From NCBI GenBank assembly GCA_000165345.1, contig CM000431.1, forward strand, positions 864,001 through 928,000: a DNA stretch of 64,000 nucleotides. The letters run 5' to 3'. The notes beneath the pieces were generated by a model that ran no database searches, was not told where the DNA came from, and saw only the letters and a list, made by a program, of their open reading frames with translations. This document shows positions 1 through 10,400 of this stretch, in pieces. Both the position numbers and the translations under genes were made by a program. The first letter of the stretch is position 1, and each line of letters starts with the position of its first letter.

Positions 1-442
1 ATTAGTTAAAACAAAAAAATGCAATAATGTTCAATATTTACAAGTAGAGTTTTAAATAATAAGTAGATTTTAGGTTAAATCAATAATGTTTAAATTTTAA
101 AAAGGTTTAATCATCAAACTTGCTTTATTTTGAACAAAGGAATATTTTGCATGCAATAATTCAATTTAATATATTTCTACTTTTACTATTTGTATTAAAA
201 TATTTTAATAGAGTATCATAGGCTAAGATTGACCTCTTTCCATATTTTTCATACCAACATTGAAAAAGTAGAGGTTTGGACACAACAGTTTTTCGATTCT
301 AAAAAAATCCATATTAAGATATATTGATAGGAAAGTTAGTAGGGTTTATTATAAACCAACAACTAACATAAGTAAATAGGATTCTTTCACTTCATAATAA
401 ATTCTTTAAGTTTTAGGCTTTAGACGAGCAAATTTTAATAAT

Positions 443-1057
443 ATGAAAAGGTATTACAAGAATGAAAGTTCAGGTTTGAGTAGCGTGTTGTCCATTCCAA
501 GAACAAATACAGATTTTGAAGTTGAGACAGCTGCTACCAAGAGAGAAAGTAGAGAGTTTCCAAGTTTACCGAGTACTAGTATTGAGATAGATAGTGATGA
601 ATACTGCAATATTTCAAGCGCATCTTTGGATTCAGTATGTATCAAGGATTTATCTAGATTGGAATCAAATTCTTTAATAAAAAAGGGAGACAGATTAAAG
701 TACAAAACTGTTTGGATGGGTCCAGGAGGAGGTTATTCACTAATGGAGGAGTACACAGAACCAAGAAAATGTATGGAGAGGGAAGTTCCTAAAGAATCTG
801 AGATGGAACTTAAAAGATATAGACAGCCTGGATCTTGTAAGAATAGTAAAAGTATGAACAACTTAGCAAGTAACTCAAGCGTTCAGGTTATTGAAGAAGC
901 TGGTATTTTAAAGGAAGATAGCTACATATTCAAGTCTTCAAGATCTCTAGCAAATGTTGATTGGAATAAGCAGGAATTTGTTGGACCACTTCCTTTTCAA
1001 AATAAAGTAGCCATAGGAAACAGAAGTTGTTTGGGTAGAAACTTGATCCCATTATAA
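443..1057 (+). CDS. hypothetical protein (no recognisable domain)
   Basis: 204-aa ORF with an ATG start at 443 and Ser-rich composition. It shows no family-level similarity I can recognise. It lies convergent to the next gene with a ~75 bp spacer. Confidence 0.35.
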   Translation: MKRYYKNESSGLSSVLSIPRTNTDFEVETAATKRESREFPSLPSTSIEIDSDEYCNISSASLDSVCIKDLSRLESNSLIKKGDRLKYKTVWMGPGGGYSLMEEYTEPRKCMEREVPKESEMELKRYRQPGSCKNSKSMNNLASNSSVQVIEEAGILKEDSYIFKSSRSLANVDWNKQEFVGPLPFQNKVAIGNRSCLGRNLIPL

Positions 1058-1132
1058 TATTTTAATTAAATTCAAATCACAGGAAGCAGATACAGATTTT
1101 CAATCAAAATAATTATTAAAGATGACTAAAAG

Positions 1133-2887
1133 TTATACAGACCTCTTTTTAAGGCTTGGATGCTTACTATATGAGTGAGCAGAGTTACTACTGCTATTAT
1201 TACTATTATGGTGATTATTAATTGGATTTACTCCATTATTGTTAATTATGTTATTTTGAGTATTATAATTATAGTCCTTTCTTTTCTTGAATAGCTTGCT
1301 CTTCTTTTCATTTGAATTTCCAAAATCTTGTGTTTCTTGGAGAAGAGATGAGCGGATAGATTTTGGAAGCAACCCCCAAATATCTTTAACACTTTGTTGG
1401 GCCTGCTTAATAAGCTCAAAATTTTCTTTTGATAACATTGGAAACGACATTGCAAGTTGAATTTGTTGTTCTTCTGTCAAGTAAGGACCGCAAATCGGTA
1501 AAATTGGCTCAACAAATGGTTGGAAATGTGCATGAGCACCGTATATACCAGGATTTATCATATTTGGAGGCTGAATTACATATCCATATGGATGGGTAGG
1601 TCCTGTCTGTGGGAAAGGAGCTCCAGGGTATCCAGGATGGAAATGGTGTGATGCACCATCTGGAGCATATGCTGGATAGGGATGTCCTTGCATGTTCCAA
1701 GGATCCATAAAAGGGGGTGGTGCATGAATACCAGGGTGTGGCGGCAGCTGGTGAGTAGCTATAAGGGGAGGAGCATGGTGTGGGGGTAATACAGGAGCAG
1801 GCAAACCAGAGTATGAAGGAGCAGCAGCTTTTGCTTTTGGAATTATAGGAATTGAAGTTTCAATACTTTGCTCATTCAAATTAGTAATATTAGGTGGAGA
1901 GAGTTGCTTCAATTCTGCGTTTAAGTTTGTAGCTATAGCAGAAGAAGTTGCGTTTAGACTCTCGTCTGTTGTATTTTGAACATTTATTGAAGCCAAATTT
2001 CCTTCATTCCTATAAGTTGAGTCAACATTAGGAGCTTGCGGTATTGCAAGTTTGTGCTCAGAGCTCTCATTAGTATTATTTTCGACAACACATAAGTCTT
2101 TTTGCAAACTTTCTCCCACTGGAACAGAACTAGAGTCTTGATTTAAATTTTGTGCTAAAGTATTAACTTCCATACTTATCTTGACTTCATCCAATTCAGG
2201 ATCAGTTTTTGCTACGGAAACAGAATCATGTGTTAATGCTTCTCCAGAAATACTAGTGTCCTGGTTTTTGAGCAAATGATCTGAATCCTTAGAAACATCA
2301 GCTTCAGAATTTCTAACAGGGTAGTTAAACTTATCCCAGTCTATGGTCGATAACATATTAGCAAGACTCTTATTAGGTACACTACCTCTGAATCTTTGTC
2401 CACAGGAAGGACAAGGCTTAACGGCCACAGCTTTATTTTGCTCAAGATAATTCTTTACACAGTCCCTGCATGCAGATGCTCCACAGCTTCCAGCACATTT
2501 TATAAGTACTGGATTTAGTAGAGGAAATCCACATAATTTACAGATATATTCTGAAGGCAAGGTCAGTTTTGTTTCTTCTACAACTTCTGTCTCCTCACCT
2601 TCTGCAATACTCCTCTGAGCATCATGGTGTATCTCTTTAAGCTCCCTCCAAGGTATACGCTGTATTACTACTCTGGAGTAAATTGGCAATAACTTATCGT
2701 CAGGAAAAGCTTCTTTTTCATCGTTGTCAAATACCTTTAGATCAAAGAGTTTCATATATTCCTTACCCAAACCTGCATGCTCAGCAACGAGCATCTTCAA
2801 GTCTGAAGTTCTGACTGAAGTTACATTTAGCTCAATAGCACGATATGAATCCGATTTTTCATGTAAAAAGCGATAATATACCGACAT
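1133..2887 (-). CDS. DWNN-domain plus RING-type zinc-finger protein (RBBP6/Mpe1-like), with a Pro/His-rich middle and an Asn-rich tail
   Basis: The N-terminus MSVYYRFLHEKSDSYRAIELNVTSV...LLPIYSRVVIQRIP matches the ubiquitin-like DWNN fold of RBBP6/Mpe1. Downstream, CKLCGFPLLNPVLIKCAGSCGASACRDCV...CPSCG is a RING/U-box-like Cys cluster. No CCHC zinc knuckle lies between them. ATG at 2887 on the minus strand. Confidence 0.8.
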   Translation of the reverse strand: MSVYYRFLHEKSDSYRAIELNVTSVRTSDLKMLVAEHAGLGKEYMKLFDLKVFDNDEKEAFPDDKLLPIYSRVVIQRIPWRELKEIHHDAQRSIAEGEETEVVEETKLTLPSEYICKLCGFPLLNPVLIKCAGSCGASACRDCVKNYLEQNKAVAVKPCPSCGQRFRGSVPNKSLANMLSTIDWDKFNYPVRNSEADVSKDSDHLLKNQDTSISGEALTHDSVSVAKTDPELDEVKISMEVNTLAQNLNQDSSSVPVGESLQKDLCVVENNTNESSEHKLAIPQAPNVDSTYRNEGNLASINVQNTTDESLNATSSAIATNLNAELKQLSPPNITNLNEQSIETSIPIIPKAKAAAPSYSGLPAPVLPPHHAPPLIATHQLPPHPGIHAPPPFMDPWNMQGHPYPAYAPDGASHHFHPGYPGAPFPQTGPTHPYGYVIQPPNMINPGIYGAHAHFQPFVEPILPICGPYLTEEQQIQLAMSFPMLSKENFELIKQAQQSVKDIWGLLPKSIRSSLLQETQDFGNSNEKKSKLFKKRKDYNYNTQNNIINNNGVNPINNHHNSNNSSSNSAHSYSKHPSLKKRSV

Positions 2888-3442
2888 TTTATTTACACTA
2901 GTCTATTTTGCTCAACTAAAGTCAAATTTTCTCTCTCTTCGTCCTTCAATCCAAACACATTCAGTAATTCCTTTTTAATCTTTTGTCTCAATCTCTCATT
3001 TAACCTATCTTTTTTTTTTCGTATTATCTTCCGTTCCTATTAAAGCTTTTGAATTAAAAAAATAATATTTACTCTAATTTGGACTTAGCGCGTAATCAAT
3101 TATGCATAAAAGTGATGAGGCATGAAGAATTATTCTGAAGTAAATCCTTTCTTGCTTTTCTTATTTTTAGAAAATCCAACAAGTCACTTTACTGTTAAAA
3201 TGTGAACTTTAGTAAAACCAAGCCACTCTTCTTCTATCCAAATCTTATTTTTCTTATTCTTTATACTCACTATATTATTCACAAGATAACTTCATAGCTG
3301 TCTTTGCAATATAAAATAATTAAAGGCTTCAATCCTCCAATCAAAATATACAGGCAAAAATATTTATTTTTATCTCAAATACTTTTCTAATTATTAAGCT
3401 ATTTTTCCAATTCATTTCCTCCATGCATAGCCTTTTATTTTG

Positions 3443-3454
3443 TTTGGCGCCAAA
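3443..3454. promoter_or_regulatory. E2F-like palindrome TTTGGCGCCAAA about 165 bp upstream of the PCNA ATG
   Basis: A perfect 12-bp palindrome containing GGCGCC. It sits in a 732-bp divergent intergenic region between the DWNN gene (minus) and PCNA (plus). PCNA is a classical E2F target in eukaryotes. Confidence 0.5.
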
Positions 3455-3618
3455 TCAGTTAAACTTATTCTACAGGTAAAAAAAGGTAATAAGGCCCCAC
3501 AATTGGGGGAATAAAGAGCAATACAATAAAATATATAATAAAATTAAAACTAGAATTAATATAGTAATATTATAGTAATAAAGTTAACGAGGATATCTTG
3601 GCTTTAATTTGAAAAGAG

Positions 3619-4404
3619 ATGTTTGAAGCTAGATTACAGAATGCCATGCTATTTAAAAAGATAGCAGAAGCTCTTAAAGAGCTTTGCCATGATATTAACA
3701 TAGATTGTGATAGCGATGGGCTACATCTTCAAGCCATGGACTCTTCTCATGTTGCTTTAGTATCATTGAATATCCAACCAGATGCATTTGAACATTATAG
3801 ATGTGATAGACCAGTAGTTCTTGGTTTGGATATGCAACAACTCTCTAAATTTATGAAATTCTGCGATAAAGATACTAGTATGACTCTTAAAAAATATGAT
3901 GATAATGAAGATAATAGAATTACTATGTGTTTTGAAGATAATAGTGGAATTCTCTCGTCAAAAGAATGTACTTTAAGGCTAATGGATATTGAACAAGAAC
4001 ATATTTCAATCCCGGAAGAGGAATACGAATGTAATGTTACAATGCCTTCAAATTTATTTCAGTCAATTGTTAGAGATATGTCAGGTATTGGAGATGAAGT
4101 TAGTCTTGAAATTAGTGGAAAGAATATCAAATTTTGCGTGGATGGTGATGATGGAAAAATTGATCTTAATTTTCCTCTTAATGATAGCCCTGATATAACT
4201 AAAGCAGTACAAATTCATGCTGATGATACAATTTCCCAAAAATATGCCCTTAGATACCTCTCATACTTTACAAAAGCATCTCCTTTAAGCACTACTGTCA
4301 ATATTAGTATTTCAAAAGGAGTACCACTTAGATTACAATTTCCACTTAATGACAAATATGAACATGGAAACATGCAATTTTACCTTGCTCCTAAACTAAG
4401 ATGA
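3619..4404 (+). CDS. PCNA: proliferating cell nuclear antigen (DNA polymerase sliding clamp)
   Basis: 261 aa. MFEARLQNAMLFKKIAEALKELCHDINIDCDSDGLHLQAMDSSHVALVSLNI... aligns along its full length with eukaryotic PCNA (N- and C-terminal clamp domains, interdomain connector loop region). Confidence 0.95.
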   Translation: MFEARLQNAMLFKKIAEALKELCHDINIDCDSDGLHLQAMDSSHVALVSLNIQPDAFEHYRCDRPVVLGLDMQQLSKFMKFCDKDTSMTLKKYDDNEDNRITMCFEDNSGILSSKECTLRLMDIEQEHISIPEEEYECNVTMPSNLFQSIVRDMSGIGDEVSLEISGKNIKFCVDGDDGKIDLNFPLNDSPDITKAVQIHADDTISQKYALRYLSYFTKASPLSTTVNISISKGVPLRLQFPLNDKYEHGNMQFYLAPKLR

Positions 4405-7400
4405 AGAATAATCATTTATCATTGGTAAAATTTGTTCTTCTGAAGGCAAAGATAAAATTAAAGATGATGGTGATAAAGGTAATGGTGATGGCGATGGTGA
4501 TGATAAGGAAGAAGATTTAATTGTGTCTTTCTCCTTTCTTGCAAATTCAATTAGAATATCTCTAGATAATATTCGTAGATTTTGATCTTCCAATAGAGTT
4601 ATATCCAATAATACCTTATAAAAACGAGAACTTTTCATTATATATTCAGATTGTTTCATTTCTTTAAGATCACTTAATAAACTATTCAAAACTGCTTTAT
4701 ATGAATAGGTAATATCTACTTTATTCTTGAGAATACGATCATAGCTTGAATTAAAATGATGGTTAAAATGTATATTTGGACTAATTATACTACTTAATCT
4801 CTTCTTTTCATAATAATCATCAGAATGAAGACCTTTTTCTCTTCTTTCCAATGTATTATTTTTGCTTTTCTCAATCTTTACATATTTCTCCAATATATCT
4901 TCACATTGAGAAAGTAATTCATTCTTATAGTATTGTAAATTATCTTTAAATTGTAGTGAAAATTCCTTTCTAACATGTAATTGAATCCATAATACCAAAT
5001 AAATATTATATTGAAACAGATCAAACTTAACTAAATTTAATCCATTTAATAATTCAAAATATAATTTATTTAATGAATTTATTATTGTATCATAAATCAT
5101 TTTATTAATCCCCATATCCAGCTCTCTTTCTATTGATCTCAAATCTATCATATACCAATCAAATAATATGTTATATATTACTAATAAAGCAGAATATAAA
5201 TCATGAACACAATCTGGTCTATTAATTGTAATCATTGTCTTTTCTTCATCATAATTTGATTTATACTTTATATCTTTAAATATTAGCTCTTCTATACTTA
5301 ATCTTAATCTTATAAAAGAATCATACATTTCTTGATCATTAGTATTCTTAATGTTTTTATGAGAATAGCATTTCCAATTCTTTTCTAAACAATGTTTTAA
5401 TGAAATTCTTCTTCCTTTATTTTTATATTTACCAATCTTATTCGGATCTATCCCATTTTGGTCATTTTTATGATTCTTCTTATTTTCTATTAACCCAAAA
5501 TATCTCTTATTGAAAAATTTTGATCTAAAAAATATCTCAAATTGATTATGTTGTCTTCTTTTACGAGTATCAACTATCTCATCATCTTTTGATTTCTTCT
5601 TCTCATTGATCTGATTTTCAAATTCTCTTTCACCATAAGCAACACCCAAATCATCAATAGAATATCTACTTCTTACATCTTCTATTATATATTTATTAGG
5701 ATCAATTTGTATAGATTTTGTAAATTCTCCCACAAAATTTGAATAATATTGAAAAATTTGATGCCATTCTTTGTATCCAAATAAACTCTTATTATTATAT
5801 AAAAAATTTATATAAACTATCAACATCTTATATTGAATCTTTATATCATCTTTGCAAAATATACTCATTGTTTGAGATAATAAAATTTGATTTGTTAAAA
5901 TTAACCAATCTTTTAAAAGAAATCTATAATATTTAATACTTGTTCTAAATATATAAAATTCAATAATTTTATATACATTATGTATTATCTTTATAGCTTT
6001 TAAATCTCCATACTCTTTATCTATTTTAATATTATTGATATCATCATAATTTAAATTCTCTAAAATTTCATCAGAAATTAAATGATCTTTATCTTCTGTC
6101 TTATTTGTTAAAACTCTATTAATTTCTTTAAATTTTTTATTAAATATTGTCAAGTTATTTTTATAATTTGTTTTCATCTTAAGATCTTCTTTGCTACTTA
6201 AAGTTAATTGTGTATTATCCAAATGAGAATTCTTATTTGTAACTTCAAATGTACTTTTTTCATTTCTTGTTGAATTATAGCTTATATAACGTATTATATC
6301 CAAATCTGCCTCATCATTAACAAAACAATTATCTTCATCATCATCATCATCATCGTTCTCAAAATCATTTTCATCATGATATTCCTCAGTTCCTGAATCA
6401 TCTTCTAAACGATTATTCTTGATCATTGATTCTTCTTCAAGTAATAATGATGTCTCATGATTTTTTTCTTCAGTTGTTAATTTATCCAAAAATTTTACTC
6501 CTTTTGTTTTCATATAATCTGCTGTTAAACTTATATTTGTTTGATTTATAATATTCTTTTTATTATTAAAAGAAATTAAGTTTATAATATCAGGAATAAT
6601 ATTCTGAATTAAAAATACTTCATGGATTATTAACTCAATAGGACAAATTCCTAACCAATAATTAATTAATTTTGAAATATTTACTAAATAATAATAATAT
6701 AAATCCAAATACTTCTTTTCAAAAATTAGACTCTTTGTAATAAGTTGAGAGAATTCATTAAAGTAGCACAAAATTAATTTATATTGATTCTTATTATATA
6801 CATTTTTTCTTATGTTATTAGTCTTTCTAATATTTAATAATTGTAAACCATTTATATTATCTTCATCTAAATTCTGTATTTCTTCAATATCTTGATTATT
6901 AATATACTTAATTTTGATATAAAACATATATAATATGTAATCTAAGATCTTACAAATTAATTTACTTACATTTTTTTGAACAAAGACTTTAATTAGTATA
7001 AAAAAAGTATCCAGTAATTTGGAAAATATATCATCATCCAAAATAAATGATAATCTTGGTATAGTTGTCAAACATAATAAAATTCTGGCTAAAATCTCAT
7101 TCTCCTTATCTTTGTTTAACTCTTCTTTATTTGAGTGTGAGTTTGAATTCAATATATTGATTAGTTTCTTCTTCTTACTGTTATGATGATTATTAATATT
7201 TTTTTCTTCAGTTTTTTCTATTCCTTTTTGGATTCCTATAATAAAACAATAGTAAATCTCAATAATATCATTTACATCTAAAAAGTTTAAAAGCTTCAAA
7301 TTTTGATATAAATTTTGTATATTCTTTAAGATTTCAAGTAAAAGTTCAACTGTAACAATGTACTCATTATATGATTCATAGTTAATAATTTTCTCAACCA

Positions 7401-10400
7401 ACTTTTTAAAAAGAATAAATATGGATAATTGAGTCAAATTTAACTCTTTTGAATGGAAATACTTAAAATTTGTACTTAATTGATTGCTTGATTTTTCCAA
7501 AATAAAATCTAATGATGAGGAAATAATAATCATTTTAATTTCTTCAGGATAATTATTAACCTTATTTTCATCCTTAATATTATTCAAATATTTTGATCTT
7601 ATAAACATATCTTGGGATTCAATAAATTTGATAGTAAAACTCTTTATTGAATCCAAAACTTCTAAGTATGCTTTTCCACTCAAAATCTGAATTATCTCAG
7701 AGTAATATATTGGAATAAAATACTTATCCCAAAGAATTAATTCAAAAAATTCTTGAAAATTATATTCAAGAATTAAATTCATAAATTCAAAAACTTTTCG
7801 GAATAGAAATAACTCAATAGATTTTCTTCCTGATAATACAATTTGGTTTCTAGCATTAAATATTAATGCTAAAAATAAGTCTGTAATCACTCTCTTATTT
7901 TTTATCGGATCCATTGCAATTCTTGTGAATATTCTTTCCATTACTTGGTAAAATTCTAATTCGTTTGTGATTAATTTAGAGTTAAACATTTCTGTTCTTC
8001 TTAAGTTAATTAACGATACTTGATTCAGAATTAAAGAATATTTTTCGTCATTTATTATAAGCATCTCGCCATTGTTTTCAACGGTTGAATTTTGTTCGAT
8101 AATTTCTTCATCTTTAAACCATAAATTATTAAAAGAAATGGAATTTTTTAGATTGGTATATATTTGAATATTTTGACTATTTGAGCCATATATTATTTTG
8201 TTTTGGAAATATGTATTCGAACTAATGATCTCATTTTCATCTTTGGATTGAATTATTTCAGTATCCTTATTAGAATAGTCTGGAGAAGTTTCTCTAGAAC
8301 TTGAAGCTCTAGAAATACTTCTGGAATTATCTCGTGAATTATTATTAGAAAGTCCAGAATTAATAATACTTTTGGTAGAATTAAAGATATTTTTTGTAGA
8401 CTTGATTAATTTTCTATTGAAAAATTGATTAAAATGACGGCTATTCAAAGTATTTGACTTGGTTAAGTTTAAAGAAATTTTACTCAAAGTTAGAAATTTG
8501 GTCAAATCATTACCAAAAGCCTTACTTTTATTATTAATGAATTTATTATGATCAAAATAATCAGAAATATCTGTATTATTGCCTTTTAGTATGGTTTTAA
8601 CATAAAAGTATCTGTCAACTTGAGATACAATTCCAATCATGATTACCCATAAAATAAAAGGTACTTGATCTCCATAATCTTGGCTAATTTCAAAAATAGC
8701 TTTGATTGCTTCAATATTTAAATAATTAAGACTAGAATGTGTTGAAAAAGATTCATTAGAGATCAAATAACTCAAAAGTACCTCGGATTCTTGATTTGTA
8801 GAGTGAGCAAATGAATGAGATATAGACTTTTCATTTTCATCTTTTACTTTACATTCTTGTTTAGATTCAAAGCTATTGTAGAAATTCATACTAGTCTGAA
8901 AGCTTCTAATAATTAAATCTGAGTATTGTTCAAGTATACCACTTTTCTCTAATTCTGGAAATTTTAATGATTTTGAGTATTTTTCATCCTCAAAGCTGTG
9001 ATGATCATTTTTTAAAATAACCCTAATTTCCTCAGTTATATTAGAATTACAAAAGAATAAATCATTAAGATTGAGAGGTAATGTTAATGTATTAGTCAAA
9101 TAAGATAAAACTGTTAAATTGATCGTAAAAGACGATTCTAATCCAAGTATTATTCCTAGTTCTGTTGAATATTTTAGAATGGGTATCCAACTTATCATAG
9201 TTTCTTTTCCAAAACACATCCAAAAATCAACATTTGATAGCATTGTAGTAAAATAGCAACATATCATTTTTCCCAATAATATTATGTAGCTTTCTTCTAT
9301 TTCAATACGTTTTTGATTCATGGATTCAGTTCTTTTATATTTTCTGTTACTCCAATTTGGATGCATTTCTTTAATTAAATCAGAAATAGTAATTTGAAAA
9401 ATACTATTAATATCTCTAACTTTAATATCACTATTCTTATTATTTGTAATCCATTTTGATAAATTTTGGTTATTTCCAATTACACTGGAAGTTTGAAGAA
9501 TATTATTGCTATGGACTACTTTTGTATTTTTATTAAAACTTAATCCATCATATTGGAAATAAATACTTTCTTGTTGTATCTCACTTTTAATTGGTAGGTT
9601 TCTGCCTTTTAAACACTCACTCAAGCCAATAATCCATTGAATAGGAGTATTTGGAATAAATTTCCAGTAAACAATATCCTCTGAATAGATACCATTGAAG
9701 TAGATGGTTTCGAATTTCTTTTTAATTGATTGATATATAAACTTGAAAAGATCTTTTTGATTGGCAATGATTTCTGGATCAGTCTGAAAGCTGAGTAGAT
9801 TAGCGATCTTGTGAATTATTTCATTACTAATTATTTTAATTTGGAAATTGGAACTATAAGAAGAACTTGAATTGTAATAACAAGCATTTTTGCTATTATT
9901 AGTTAAACAAGTATTGGTAAATTCCAGATTTTGAATTAAATTAATAAGGTAATCAATATAAGGAAAGTAAACTTTGCATCTTTCCTTTGAATTTTCAAAA
10001 ATCCATTCATTCAAAGTAATATTATCATAAAATGCCTCAAGAGAGTCAACAAGTTTTGGAGATGATAATATTAAATCATTATGATTTTTGATAAAATCAC
10101 TTTTTGACATTCTATAATAATTTTTGATTTCTTTACTATGAGCATCAGTATGAAGCATGATTAGAGAGAAAGCAATGATGTAAATCTTGTCTTTATTTGG
10201 AAAGATTTCAGGATTATCCAAGAAATATCTGAGGGAAAATTCTTCAATAATTCTGTCTATTTTCTGGGCTTCTCCAGGAAGATGAAAGTTGGAAAGAAAC
10301 AAATATAAAGAGAAATCCAAGCTTTTATTTTTGAATGAAAACTGATTACAATAATGATTTAGTATTTCTTTGTTTCTTGGATTTGGAAGAGAAATATAGT

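Noticed and set aside
1246-1700. Short ORFs 1246..1455 and 1509..1700 on the minus strand
   Set aside because: They are fully nested in other frames of the DWNN-RING gene. No independent signals.
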